A stretch of DNA of 64,000 bases from assembly GCA_023664705.1 (NCBI GenBank), contig JAMPFE010000001.1:197230-261229 (forward strand), written 5' to 3'. Shown here piece after piece: positions 1-9,729 of the stretch; the stretch's first letter is position 1, and every line of letters begins with the position of its first letter. Under the pieces are notes generated by a model. It did not search any database, was not told where the DNA came from, and saw only the letters and a list, made by a program, of their open reading frames with translations. The position numbers were made by a program, and so were the translations under genes. The stretch is from Lachnospiraceae bacterium. GTDB taxonomy: Bacteria; Bacillota; Clostridia; Oscillospirales; Ruminococcaceae.

Positions 1-1
1 G

Positions 2-256
2 AAAACGGGGGAGCTGCTGAACGTCGTCCGCGAGCGGTTAACGCGGAACGACGCCGAGGAGATATTCGCCGCGGCGGAAAAGCGCCGCCCCGCGGATATG
101 CAGCCGACGTTCGCGCCGCCGCCCGAGGAAAAGCCCCTGCCGCAGACCGCTCCTCCGAAGCACGAAAAGGCGTTCATTGTGGGGTTTATTATAGTGTTTA
201 TAGCTGTTTTCATTGTTGTCGCCGTTTTCTCGGTGACGGGCGAACGTCTGAATTAA
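2..256 (+). CDS. 3' end of a gene for a C-terminally membrane-anchored protein (partial, runs off the window start)
   Basis: Open frame from base 2 to a TAA at 254-256. Translation ends in a hydrophobic helix (FIVGFIIVFIAVFIVVAVFSV) after a Pro/Glu-rich linker. malQ follows 13 nt later with its own SD. Confidence 0.4.
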   Translation, partial: KTGELLNVVRERLTRNDAEEIFAAAEKRRPADMQPTFAPPPEEKPLPQTAPPKHEKAFIVGFIIVFIAVFIVVAVFSVTGERLN

Positions 257-268
257 GGAGATGAAATT

Positions 269-1756
269 ATGAATAAAAGAAGCTGCGGAGTGCTTTTGCA
301 CATTACCTCGCTGCCGTCGCCGTACGGCATCGGCACGCTCGGAAAGACTGCCGAGAAATTCGCCGACTGGCTGAAAAGCGCGGGGCAGAGCTGGTGGCAG
401 GTGCTGCCGATAGGACCGACGGGCTACGGGGACTCGCCGTATCAGCCGTTTTCGTCGTTCGCGGGAAATCCGCTTATGATAGACCTTGACGAGCTTTGCG
501 AGCACGGGCTGCTCAACAAAGCCGACTGCGAGAACGCGGACTACGGAGCCGACCCCGCGTTCGTCGACTATGAAAAAATATCCGCGACGAGGGACGAGCT
601 GCTGCACAAGGCGTTCGCGAGGTTCGTGGACGACGTGGGGTACACCTCGTTCGTCCGCGAGGAGGCGGACTGGCTGGACGACTATGCGCTGTTCACGGCG
701 CTGAAGGGCAAATTCGGCGGCAAGCCTTGGACGGCTTGGGACGAGGACATAAAGTCCCGCGTTCCCTCGGCGATGGAGAGGTACAAGGAGGAGCTGAAGG
801 ACGAGATACGGTTCGTGAAGTGGTGCCAGTACATCTTTTTCAGGCAGTGGAACCGTTTTCGCGGCTATTGCAAGAGCAAGGGTATAGGGCTTATCGGCGA
901 TATCCCGATTTACGTTTCGCCCGACTGCTCCGACGTATGGGCGAGCCCCGAGCTGTTCGAGCTGGACGAAAGGCTCTGCCCGAAACGCGTCGCGGGGGTG
1001 CCGCCCGATTATTTTTCGGCAACGGGGCAGCTCTGGGGAAATCCGCTGTACAACTGGGCGGAGATGAAGCGCACGGGCTACGATTGGTGGATAAAGCGCG
1101 TGGAAAAGTCCGCGCAGCTGTACGATATGCTCCGCATAGACCACTTCCGTGCGTTCGACACGTATTACGCCATTCCCTACGGGCACAAGACCGCCGAGCA
1201 CGGCACTTGGGAAAACGGTCCGGGAATGGACTTGTTCAACGCGATAAAGGCGCGGCTGGGCGACGTGAACATAATCGCCGAGGACTTGGGGGACATCTTC
1301 GACAGCGTGAAACAGCTGCTCGCCGATTCGGGCTTCCCGGGCATGCGCGTGGTGCAGTTCGGCTTCAATCCCGAAAACGCCGACAACGACCACCTTATCC
1401 ACAACTACCCGAAAAACAGCGTCTGCTACACGGGCACTCACGACAACGCGACGATAATGCAATGGCTCAGGGAAACGGACGCGAAGTCCGCGAAAATGGC
1501 GAAAAGCTACCTGCACAAGGGGCTTTTCGAGCGTTTTTCCGACTGCGCGATACGGAACGCCTACGCAAGCGGCTCGTTCCTCGCGGTCATACCGATGCAG
1601 GATATCCTCGGGCTCGGGAAAAGCGCGCGCATGAATTTGCCGTCCACGCTCGGCAAGCACAACTGGAGCTGGCGTATGCAGCCGCAGATGCTCAGGGCAA
1701 AGGACGCCGAGCGGCTGAAAAGCCTTGCCGAGACGTATATGAGACTTGGAAAATAA
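269..1756 (+). CDS. malQ: 4-alpha-glucanotransferase (amylomaltase, GH77)
   Basis: N-terminus RSCGVLLHITSLPSPYGIGTLG, plus GDIPIYV and RIDHFRAF motifs typical of GH77 MalQ. AAGGAG SD upstream. Confidence 0.93.
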   Translation: MNKRSCGVLLHITSLPSPYGIGTLGKTAEKFADWLKSAGQSWWQVLPIGPTGYGDSPYQPFSSFAGNPLMIDLDELCEHGLLNKADCENADYGADPAFVDYEKISATRDELLHKAFARFVDDVGYTSFVREEADWLDDYALFTALKGKFGGKPWTAWDEDIKSRVPSAMERYKEELKDEIRFVKWCQYIFFRQWNRFRGYCKSKGIGLIGDIPIYVSPDCSDVWASPELFELDERLCPKRVAGVPPDYFSATGQLWGNPLYNWAEMKRTGYDWWIKRVEKSAQLYDMLRIDHFRAFDTYYAIPYGHKTAEHGTWENGPGMDLFNAIKARLGDVNIIAEDLGDIFDSVKQLLADSGFPGMRVVQFGFNPENADNDHLIHNYPKNSVCYTGTHDNATIMQWLRETDAKSAKMAKSYLHKGLFERFSDCAIRNAYASGSFLAVIPMQDILGLGKSARMNLPSTLGKHNWSWRMQPQMLRAKDAERLKSLAETYMRLGK

Positions 1757-2568
1757 TGGAAGAAAACGCTGTGATAAACAGCCTGCACGGGGAATTCGCG
1801 CGGACGATAACGCGGAAATTTTCCAAGGCTGTCGAGGAATTTGAGCTGCTGAAAAGCGGCGATAAAATTTGCGTGTGCGTTTCGGGCGGCAAGGATTCGA
1901 TGCTGCTGGCGGCGCTGTTCCGCGACTACGAGCGCCGCGGGAGCGTTCCCGTTTCGGTGAGGTATCTCGCGATGGATCCGGGCTACTCCGAGGAGAATTT
2001 TTCGCGGATAATCGGCAGCGCAAAGCGCCTCGGGCTGCCGCTTGAGACGTTCACGACCGAGATTTTCAGGCACACCGAGAGCGCCGAAAACGCGTGCTTT
2101 CTTTGCTCGAAAATGCGGCGCGGGCATTTGTACAATAAGGCGCGGGAGCTGGGCTGCAATAAAATAGCGCTCGGGCACCACTTCGACGATGTTATCGAGA
2201 GCACGCTTATGGGCATGCTGTACGGCGGGCAGACGCAGACGATGCTGCCGAAGCTGCGCGCGCGGAATTACGAGGGCATGGAGCTGATACGCCCGCTGTT
2301 TTACGTGCGAGAGCGCGATATTATCGCGTGGCGCGACTGCAATGAACTGCAATTTTTGCAGTGCGCGTGCGGAATAACGCAGCGCGGGGAGGGCTCGAAG
2401 CGGCAGCTCGTAAAGCGCCTGATAGCCGAGCTTGCCGCGGAAAATCCGCAGGTCGAGCAGAACATTTTCCGCAGCGTGTGCGCGGTGCGGCTCGACAGGA
2501 TAATCTCCTACAAGGACAAGGACGGCGTGCATACGTTTCTGGATAATTATGACGATGAACTGTTTTGA
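1756..2568 (+). CDS. PP-loop ATPase, TtcA-like tRNA 2-thiocytidine synthetase family
   Basis: Internal ATG at 1756 of the 727..2568 ORF overlaps the malQ stop (TAATG). Has the SGGKDS PP-loop and CFLCSKMRRG / CxC cysteine motifs. The upstream part of the ORF is out-of-frame malQ shadow. Confidence 0.8.
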   Translation: MEENAVINSLHGEFARTITRKFSKAVEEFELLKSGDKICVCVSGGKDSMLLAALFRDYERRGSVPVSVRYLAMDPGYSEENFSRIIGSAKRLGLPLETFTTEIFRHTESAENACFLCSKMRRGHLYNKARELGCNKIALGHHFDDVIESTLMGMLYGGQTQTMLPKLRARNYEGMELIRPLFYVRERDIIAWRDCNELQFLQCACGITQRGEGSKRQLVKRLIAELAAENPQVEQNIFRSVCAVRLDRIISYKDKDGVHTFLDNYDDELF

Positions 2569-4348
2569 TTTCAAGGCTGCCGACAGGCAGTGTTACAGGG
2601 GACGGCTGGGGGCGCTCTGCACGCCGAAAAGCACGGTTTTCCGCGTCTGGCAGCCGTTTGCCGAGAATATGGAGCTGCGGCTTTACAATGCCGAAAACGA
2701 GCTCATTTTCGCCGCTTCGATGACGAAGAGGGGCGGCGTGTTCGAGTACGAAAAAAAAGGCGACCTCGACGGCGTTTTGTACGATTTTTCGGTAACGCGC
2801 AACGGCGAGACCGTCGAGAGCGCCGACCCGTATGCCTTTTCGGCGACCTCCGACGGAACGCGCGGCATCGTTGCCGATATGCGGCGGCACGCTCCCGAGG
2901 GGTGGGAGAACGAGCGCAATATCTCCGCGGAGAACCCGATAATTTACGAGCTTTCGGTGCGCGATTTTTCAATGGACGAGAGCGCGAATTTTGAAAACCG
3001 CGGAAAATTCTCCGCGTTCTGCGAGGAAAATGTAAAAAATTCCCATGGGGATTTAGTCGGTCTTGACTACGTCAAATCGCTCGGCGTGACGCATATCCAG
3101 CTTATGCCGATATTTGATTTCGATATGGACGGCGGCGAATACAACTGGGGCTACAATCCGCGCTTTTACAACGCTCCGAGCGCGTATTACTCGCGGCGCG
3201 ACGGCATTCTCGAGCTTCGGGAGCTCGTCGCGGCGGCGCATAAAAAGGGGCTCGGAGTGGTTGCGGACGTGGTGTACAATCACGTCTATTCGGCAGACGA
3301 CTGCGCTTTCGGGAGGATTTTTCCGCGCTATTATTTCCGCGGAAAGGAAAAATATTCCAACGGCTCGGGCTGCGGAAACGAGTTCGCGAGCGAAAGAAAA
3401 ATGTCGCGGAAATTCATTATTGACAGTCTGGAGTTCCTCGCGCGGGAGTATAAGCTTGACGGCTTTCGCTTCGATTTAATGGGCTTGCTGGACATAAAAA
3501 CCCTCCGCGATGCCGAATGCAGACTGCGCAGGATAAATCCCGATATACTGCTGTACGGGGAGGGCTGGACGGGCGGCGCGAGCCCTTATCCCGAGCGGTT
3601 TCGCGCGGTTTTGCGGAACGCGCGGAGGCTGCCGCGGTTCGCGTTTTTCAACGACAGCTTTCGCGACGGCGTAAAAGGCTCGGTTTTCGACCCCGAGGAC
3701 GCGGGCTATGTCAACGGCGCGCCCGACGGGGGACACCTCGCGCCGATAAAATGGGCGCTCTCGGGGAGGTTCCCCGAGGATTTCTGGACTGCCGAACCGC
3801 TGCAGACCGTGAATTACGTCGAGTGCCACGACAATCTCACGCTGTTCGATAAGCTGAAAATTTCGCTTAAGGGAGCCGATTTGGAGCGCGTCAAAAGCGC
3901 GGACAAAATGGCGGCAGCGCCGGTTTTCCTGTCGCGCGGCATCGCGTTCATTCAGGCGGGGCAGGAGTTCCTGCGCACGAAAAACGGTGTCGACAACAGC
4001 TATAACGCCCCCGACAGCGTGAATTCGCTGAAGTGGGATACGCTCGCCGAAAACCGCGATATCGTCGGGTATTACCGAGGGCTGATAGCTTTCAGACGGC
4101 GCTTTTTGAGCGGCTTCGGGGAGTGCGCTTTCGAGGAGCTCGGCGGCGGCTTCGTGATGAAAACGGGCGATTTTTTGCTGCTTGTCAACCCTACGGCAAA
4201 AAGGCTCACCGCGAAAATAAACGGCGAATTTGAGATATTCGCCGACAAAAACCGCGCCGCGGACGTTCCGCTGTACAGGCGCAAACGGCTTTGCTGCGCG
4301 GAATTTTCAATATTGATTGCAAGGAGAGTTACAAATGAGACAAATTGA
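2549..4348 (+). CDS. type I pullulanase / glycogen debranching enzyme (GH13)
   Basis: GH13 conserved regions are present: VVADVVYNHV, GFRFDLMG, LYGEGW, YVECHDN. Also the NWGYNP motif. Confidence 0.88.
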   Translation: MTMNCFDFKAADRQCYRGRLGALCTPKSTVFRVWQPFAENMELRLYNAENELIFAASMTKRGGVFEYEKKGDLDGVLYDFSVTRNGETVESADPYAFSATSDGTRGIVADMRRHAPEGWENERNISAENPIIYELSVRDFSMDESANFENRGKFSAFCEENVKNSHGDLVGLDYVKSLGVTHIQLMPIFDFDMDGGEYNWGYNPRFYNAPSAYYSRRDGILELRELVAAAHKKGLGVVADVVYNHVYSADDCAFGRIFPRYYFRGKEKYSNGSGCGNEFASERKMSRKFIIDSLEFLAREYKLDGFRFDLMGLLDIKTLRDAECRLRRINPDILLYGEGWTGGASPYPERFRAVLRNARRLPRFAFFNDSFRDGVKGSVFDPEDAGYVNGAPDGGHLAPIKWALSGRFPEDFWTAEPLQTVNYVECHDNLTLFDKLKISLKGADLERVKSADKMAAAPVFLSRGIAFIQAGQEFLRTKNGVDNSYNAPDSVNSLKWDTLAENRDIVGYYRGLIAFRRRFLSGFGECAFEELGGGFVMKTGDFLLLVNPTAKRLTAKINGEFEIFADKNRAADVPLYRRKRLCCAEFSILIARRVTNETN

Positions 4349-6110
4349 CGAGCTGCGTGAATTGATGAGGGCGCGCGGGATTTGCGCGTATATCGTGCCG
4401 ACGGACGATTTCCACGGCTCGGAGTACGTCGGGGAGCATTTCAAGCTCCGCGAGTATCTGAGCGGGTTTACGGGCTCCGCGGGAACGCTTGTCGTGACGC
4501 TTGACGAGGCGGCGCTCTGGACGGACGGGCGCTATTTTATTCAGGCGGAGCGCGAGCTCTCGGGGAGCGGCATTGAGCTTATGCGCATGGGAGAGCCGTC
4601 CGTGCCGACTATCGAGAAATTTTTGCTCGAAAAAATGCCCGAGGGCTCGGCGCTGGGCTTTGACGGCAGAACGGTCACGGCGGCGTTCGCGATGCGGCTC
4701 GTTAAAGCGTTGCAGCCGAAAAATGTCGCGCTGAAAACCGACGAGGACTTGGGCGGCATGGTTTGGGAGAACCGCCCGCCGCTCTCGAAAAAGCCCGTGT
4801 TCGAGCTGCCCGACAGCGTTTGCGGGCAGTCGAGGAGCGAAAAGCTGGCGCTTATCCGTGAGAAAATGAGAGCCGAAAACGCCGATTGCCTTGCGGTCTC
4901 GGCGTTGGACGAGATAGCTTGGGCGCTGAATTTGCGCGGCGGCGACGTGGATTACAATCCCGTGTTCCTGTCGTTTATGCTGGTGTCGGAGGACGGCGTC
5001 GAGCTGTTTGCGGAGCGCTCTATTTTCAATGCCGAGATCGTTGAAAATCTGCAAAGGGACGGCGTTGAGATACGCCCCTACGATGATTTTTACGGCGCGC
5101 TCAAATCGCAGAGCGGAGCGGTTTGGACGGATCTTAAGGCAGTGAATTACCGAATTAAAACCTCGCTTGAAAACGCGAAAATAATCTCCAAGCAGAGTCC
5201 GATAGTGCAGATGAAGGCAGTCAAGAACGCCGCCGAGACAGAGGGCATGAAAGCCGCGCATATCCGCGACGGGGTCGCCGTGACGCGGTTTATGTACTGG
5301 CTGAAGCACGCCGTCGGGCGCGAAAAAATAACCGAGATATCCGCTGCCGAAAAGCTGGAGGAGTTCCGCAAAATGGGCGAGGGCTACCTCGGGCAGAGCT
5401 TCGACCCGATAATGGCTTACGGCGAAAACGCCGCTGTCGTGCATTACTCCGCGACGGAGGAGACGAACGCCGAGCTGCAGCCGCGCGGCTTTCTGCTGTC
5501 CGATACGGGCGGGCATTACCTCGGCGGCGGCGCGGCGGGAACGACCGACATAACGCGCACGTTCGTTCTCGGGGAGCTTGACCCGTTTGAAAAAGTCACA
5601 TTCACGCAAGTGCTGGAGGCGCATTTTGAGCTGCTGAACACCGCGTTCCCGAAAGGCGTGCGCGGCTCGACCTTGGACGGAATTTGCCGCCAAAGCATGT
5701 GGCGAACCGGAACCGACTTCAACCACGGCACGGGACACGGCGTGGGCTTTCTGCTGAACGTCCACGAGGGTCCGCAGCGGATATCGTGGCGGGCGGTCAA
5801 CGACGCGCCGCTCGAGGCGGGAATGATAACCTCCGACGAGCCGGGAATGTATTATGAGGGAATGTTCGGCGTGCGCCACGAGAGCCTTGTTTTGTGCGTA
5901 AAATGCGAGGAGTTCTCCGAAAGCGACGGGGAGTTTTACGGCTTTGAGCCGCTGACCTGCGTGCCGTTCGACGTCGACGGCATTGATATCGAGTGTTTTT
6001 CGCACAAGGGACAGCTCAATTTTTATCATGAATACGTATACAAGCAGCTCTCGCCGTTTTTGCCGCCCGAGGAGGCGGAGTGGCTGCGCGAGATAACCAA
6101 GCCGATTTAA
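4335..6110 (+). CDS. Xaa-Pro aminopeptidase (M24B)
   Basis: Creatinase-like N-terminal region followed by an M24 pita-bread domain (HGTGHGVG, SDEPGMY). The ATG at 4335 has an AAGGAGAG SD at 4321-4328, so it is preferred over 4317. Confidence 0.88.
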   Translation: MRQIDELRELMRARGICAYIVPTDDFHGSEYVGEHFKLREYLSGFTGSAGTLVVTLDEAALWTDGRYFIQAERELSGSGIELMRMGEPSVPTIEKFLLEKMPEGSALGFDGRTVTAAFAMRLVKALQPKNVALKTDEDLGGMVWENRPPLSKKPVFELPDSVCGQSRSEKLALIREKMRAENADCLAVSALDEIAWALNLRGGDVDYNPVFLSFMLVSEDGVELFAERSIFNAEIVENLQRDGVEIRPYDDFYGALKSQSGAVWTDLKAVNYRIKTSLENAKIISKQSPIVQMKAVKNAAETEGMKAAHIRDGVAVTRFMYWLKHAVGREKITEISAAEKLEEFRKMGEGYLGQSFDPIMAYGENAAVVHYSATEETNAELQPRGFLLSDTGGHYLGGGAAGTTDITRTFVLGELDPFEKVTFTQVLEAHFELLNTAFPKGVRGSTLDGICRQSMWRTGTDFNHGTGHGVGFLLNVHEGPQRISWRAVNDAPLEAGMITSDEPGMYYEGMFGVRHESLVLCVKCEEFSESDGEFYGFEPLTCVPFDVDGIDIECFSHKGQLNFYHEYVYKQLSPFLPPEEAEWLREITKPI

Positions 6111-6117
6111 TAAAATA

Positions 6118-6146
6118 GAAAATGCGCCGTAAAAACGGCGCATTTC
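6118..6146. terminator. bidirectional intrinsic terminator between convergent pepP-like and telA-like genes
   Basis: GAAAATGCGCCG-loop-CGGCGCATTTC stem with A/T runs on both sides. Confidence 0.75.
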
Positions 6147-6154
6147 TTGCAAAA

Positions 6155-6187
6155 CCAACTACTAACAACTATTCTCCGATAACTATC
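6155..6187. repeat. solo 'arm' copy of the intergenic palindromic element family, abutting the telA stop codon
   Basis: CCAACTACTAACAACTATTCTCCGATAACTATCA closely resembles the right arms at 7510-7543 and 11103-11138, sharing the pattern CAACTATTC-N7-AACTAT. Confidence 0.6.
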
Positions 6188-7364
6188 ACGCTTTCATGCG
6201 CTTTTTGTAGTCGGTCTTTATCTGCTCGAGAGCGACGGCGTCCTGCTTGCGCTTTTCACGCGCCTGATCCTGTATAGCCTGAACCTCGTCGATGCCGTTG
6301 ACGATAGTCTGCCACGTCTGCTGGAGCGTCTCCACCTTGATTGAGGAGTTCGCCGCCATTGCAGCCACCATTTTAGACTGGTCGACGGTGTTCTGAGCGT
6401 TCTTGATGAGCATTTCGTTGGTTTTCTCGTCGAGAGCCGCGAGGGAGTCCGCCTGTATCTTCTGCCTTTTCAGCATGATAGCCTGCGCGAGCGACTGCTT
6501 GAACACGGGCATCGTGATGATGAACGCGGAGTTTATCTTGCGAACCAGATTGAGGTTGGAGTACTCCATGGTCTTCAGCATGGGAACGGTCTGGAGCGCG
6601 ACGTTCTCGGCGATCTTCAGGTCCATAACGCGCTGGTCGAGTATCTCGCGCATCTGCTGCAAATTCGACAAGTCCATGCGGATAGTGCCGTCGTCGGGGT
6701 TCGCCTCGACCTTTGCCTTGTATTCGTCGATGAATTGGTCGAGCTCCTTGACAGCCTGCTCGCCCGCCATGATGTACTTGACGAGCTGCTGATAGTAGCC
6801 GAGGTTCGCCTCGTACATATTGCCGAGCTTGGCGTTCGCCTGCTCTATCTCGGTCTCGTACTGCTTGAGCTGAACGTATACCTTGTCAATCTCCTTGCCC
6901 ATGGTGTCGTACTTGTTGAGTATCTTGTCGAGCTTTTTCTTGAGATTGCCGAAAAGCCCGGGCTTGTCGTCCTGAATTTCCTTGATGTCGAACTGATCCA
7001 TAATGGCGGCGAGGTGCTTGAGCATAACGCCCGTATCGTTTATCTGCTCGATGCTCATGGAGTTGAGGACTTGGTCGGAAGCCTGCGATATCTGGTCGGC
7101 AGCCTCCGCGCCGAATTTCACGATAGTCGAGCTGTCGTTGACGTTTATCGTGGAGACGAGCTGGTCTATCTCCTTGCTTGTGGCGAGCTGCTGCTTTATC
7201 TCGTCGGTCTTTACGACGATGTTGAAGTTCTTCGCCTCCTCGATCTTAGCGTCGAGGATAGCGGGAGACGTTGTCGGAACGGCATTCGTAACGACCGCCG
7301 TGGTCTCGACCTCCGTGTTGGTCTGCTGAGCGGCAGCCGCGCCCGGTGTGAATTGTAATCCCAT
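6186..7364 (-). CDS. telA: TelA / YaaN-family toxic anion resistance protein
   Basis: Long coiled-coil protein with the TelA-type pattern (IVKFGAEAADQISQASDQVL...). It lies 3' of a YceG-like gene, as in the B. subtilis yceG-yceH pair. Confidence 0.85.
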   Translation of the reverse strand: MGLQFTPGAAAAQQTNTEVETTAVVTNAVPTTSPAILDAKIEEAKNFNIVVKTDEIKQQLATSKEIDQLVSTINVNDSSTIVKFGAEAADQISQASDQVLNSMSIEQINDTGVMLKHLAAIMDQFDIKEIQDDKPGLFGNLKKKLDKILNKYDTMGKEIDKVYVQLKQYETEIEQANAKLGNMYEANLGYYQQLVKYIMAGEQAVKELDQFIDEYKAKVEANPDDGTIRMDLSNLQQMREILDQRVMDLKIAENVALQTVPMLKTMEYSNLNLVRKINSAFIITMPVFKQSLAQAIMLKRQKIQADSLAALDEKTNEMLIKNAQNTVDQSKMVAAMAANSSIKVETLQQTWQTIVNGIDEVQAIQDQAREKRKQDAVALEQIKTDYKKRMKA

Positions 7365-7380
7365 TTTTGATCCTTTCTTG

Positions 7381-7543
7381 CAGCTAGTTATTAGAGAATA
7401 GCAGTTAGTAGTTAGTTAAGGAAGAAATTCGGACGGTCACGTTCATAGCGAAACCTAAAAGCACCTTGGGGTTACGCTATAAACGTTTCCGTTATCGACA
7501 CTACCTTAACTGGAAACCAGCAACTATTCACTAAAAACTATTA
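7381..7543. repeat. palindromic intergenic element, copy A (yceG-like / telA spacer)
   Basis: About 40-nt imperfect inverted arms rich in TAGTTA flank a core. The core has the hairpin ACGTTCATAGCG (7439-7450) / CGCTATAAACGT (7475-7486) and a central AAGCACCTT motif. The right arm ends at the yceG-like stop codon. Confidence 0.8.
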
Positions 7544-9709
7544 GTGTTTCCCGAACAGCTTTCCGAAAAAACCGCCGTTCTTTTCCTCGGAGGGTATCTT
7601 GAATTTCGGAACCTCCACGTCATATAAAAATTGGTTCATTATATGCTCTTCAAACGCGTCGGACGAGACGTAGGTCTCGAGATTTTTGTAGCCCGTCGGC
7701 GTGTATACGAGTATGTCAAAGCCTATCAGATTGCACAGCACGAGGTGTATGCACTCCCAGAGCGTGAACGTGTCCTCAACCGCGTCGACGTATATCACCT
7801 TCGGTATCGCCCTCGTGAAGTCAAACCGCTGTATTATCTGCATAAAGGACTTTGTAAGGCTCATTCCGTGGTACAGTATACTGCACATCAGCTCGTCGCC
7901 CTGCAGCTTCACAAACCCGCTTGACGCCGCCTCCTGCAGCTTGTAGAACAGCATATCCTGTATGCGGTCGGGCAGATAGCTGAATTTGTTGAGCGTGCTC
8001 GCTTTCAGCTTTTCAACGTCGTATTGCCCGTTGCGGTAAAACTGCCGATAAACCGACAAATCGACCGCGGGCTCCTCGGGGTTTTTCGCCTTTACGAACA
8101 GGAGCGTGTCGGGGGTGAGCTTCTGCCTTATATCCTCCCAGTAGTTCCCGAGATTGCCGTTCTCAACGCCGCTTATCTTCGCGAAGATATTCGGCACGGA
8201 CACCAGATTTCCCGCCGTCGCGAAGCCCGTCCTGAACCGCGCCTCCTGTTTCCAGAGGATGGCAATTTCCTCGAACGTCGTTTTCAGCGTAACGGATTGG
8301 CTGTTCGGGAACTGAAAGCTCCGATAGATGCCCGTATCGCCGCCGTACAGCATGGTGTCCAGATCGCGCTCCGCGGAATACGCCACGGTCGCGACCTTCA
8401 TCTTTATCGCCTTGTTCGGATAGCTTCCGCTCTCCTTGCTCTGCGGCAGCTCGAATATCTGCATCCTCCCGCCGATGTTCCTGTCGACGGCAAGCGCGAG
8501 GTTGCCTTTGTTCGGCGTGATGTAAACGGTATCGAACCCGCACCGCGACATAAAATTGAGGAAATACATCTCCGACTGCGAGATGTCGCCGTAGTACAGT
8601 ATCACGGGGATATCCTCGTAGCGCACCGCGTACTTCCGCGCCTGCGTGCAGCGGTACAGCCACGTTATCAGCTTGTTGCCGTAATTCAGCACGACGGTCT
8701 GATTGCCCGTGTTCAGCTCGTTGAGCAGCTCCGTGAGCGTTTTCCGCGCAAGCGCTGTCCGCATGGGGTCGCCGCTCAGCGTTATCTGCATCGCCAGCGC
8801 GTCTATCATCTCCGAGGTGCTTGTCCTCGGCACCGTCCCGAGCGCGCGGACCTCGTCCGCGTTCGGGTTTTCAAGCGGCTTCTCGATAAAGATGAGCTGC
8901 TTTTTCAGCCCCGCGAAGCCCTCCTTGAACTTGACGAGCATATTCGTATACACGGTCTCCTCGTCGAAGCCTATCAGCGCCGCCGAGTACACGGGTATCT
9001 CCCCGTCCTCGGTGTACACGCCGCCGTTCCCGATAACGCGGGACTTCCTGTCTTTGAGAACGTCCTCGAATATCCCCGCCGCCGACGTGTCGAGCCGCTT
9101 TACGAGACCGCTCACGCGCTCTCCCTCGGCGCGCATTTCGGCGAGCTTAGCCTCCCTCGAAAGGTCTATCTTCCCGAAATCTATCTGTATCGGCGACGTT
9201 ATCGGACCGCCCTTTACCGTCACATCGTCCTTGTACGGGAACTTGCCGAAATCCGCGTCCAGACCGTAGCTGACGACCGTCACCTTAACGCCCGCCGCGG
9301 CGAGCATATACAGGAAATACAGCTCCCTGAGCGTTGCCGAGCCTATATACAGCACGGCGCCCGGTCTTGCCCCGAGGTACTTTATCAGCCAGCAGAGTAT
9401 CACGAAGTAGGTGTTTTTCTTGTTGGCGCCGCATTCCGCGACCGCTTTTGCCATTATCTCGGCGAGCTTGGCGCTGTCGCACGGCAGGTTTATCTTGTGC
9501 AGGAACATATCTAAGCCGCGCTTGATGTCCTCCGCGTTCTCGAAGCTCGACGCGGTGTATTCCGCGGCTTTCGCTATCTCGTCGGTAGTCGCGAGCGGCA
9601 GCTTCTCTTTAAAGAACAGCCCGTTTTTCTGCGCCGCGACAAACTGTTCAATTAAGAATCCCCGAAACCCGTCGGGATCGTCATACCCGACATATCTCGT
9701 AAATTCCAC
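7541..9709 (-). CDS. YceG-like protein of Ter clusters (function unknown)
   Basis: 722 aa with a GTG start and AGGGGG SD. The call rests on position between TerD-domain genes and telA, as in B. subtilis yceCDEFGH, and on general resemblance to the YceG_bac family. It needs HMM confirmation. Confidence 0.6.
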   Translation of the reverse strand: MEFTRYVGYDDPDGFRGFLIEQFVAAQKNGLFFKEKLPLATTDEIAKAAEYTASSFENAEDIKRGLDMFLHKINLPCDSAKLAEIMAKAVAECGANKKNTYFVILCWLIKYLGARPGAVLYIGSATLRELYFLYMLAAAGVKVTVVSYGLDADFGKFPYKDDVTVKGGPITSPIQIDFGKIDLSREAKLAEMRAEGERVSGLVKRLDTSAAGIFEDVLKDRKSRVIGNGGVYTEDGEIPVYSAALIGFDEETVYTNMLVKFKEGFAGLKKQLIFIEKPLENPNADEVRALGTVPRTSTSEMIDALAMQITLSGDPMRTALARKTLTELLNELNTGNQTVVLNYGNKLITWLYRCTQARKYAVRYEDIPVILYYGDISQSEMYFLNFMSRCGFDTVYITPNKGNLALAVDRNIGGRMQIFELPQSKESGSYPNKAIKMKVATVAYSAERDLDTMLYGGDTGIYRSFQFPNSQSVTLKTTFEEIAILWKQEARFRTGFATAGNLVSVPNIFAKISGVENGNLGNYWEDIRQKLTPDTLLFVKAKNPEEPAVDLSVYRQFYRNGQYDVEKLKASTLNKFSYLPDRIQDMLFYKLQEAASSGFVKLQGDELMCSILYHGMSLTKSFMQIIQRFDFTRAIPKVIYVDAVEDTFTLWECIHLVLCNLIGFDILVYTPTGYKNLETYVSSDAFEEHIMNQFLYDVEVPKFKIPSEEKNGGFFGKLFGKH

Positions 9710-9729
9710 CTTGCGTACCCCCTAAGCTA

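Noticed and set aside
38-2023. Very long ORFs antisense to or overlapping recognised genes. Examples: 38-2023(-), 727-1755(+), 4329-6158(-), 8024-9514(+), 13103-14266(+), 20508-21683(-), 22752-23723(-), 25937-27655(-), 28565-29911(-), 33338-34861(-), 38229-39362(-), 49068-51632(+), 54219-56525(+), 59275-60645(-), 60572-61693(+).
   Set aside because: Their translations are Arg/Ala/Gly/Pro/His-rich low-complexity strings with no recognisable motifs. Each lies opposite to, or out of frame with, a gene that has clear family signatures. This is the usual shadow-ORF artefact of GC-rich coding DNA.
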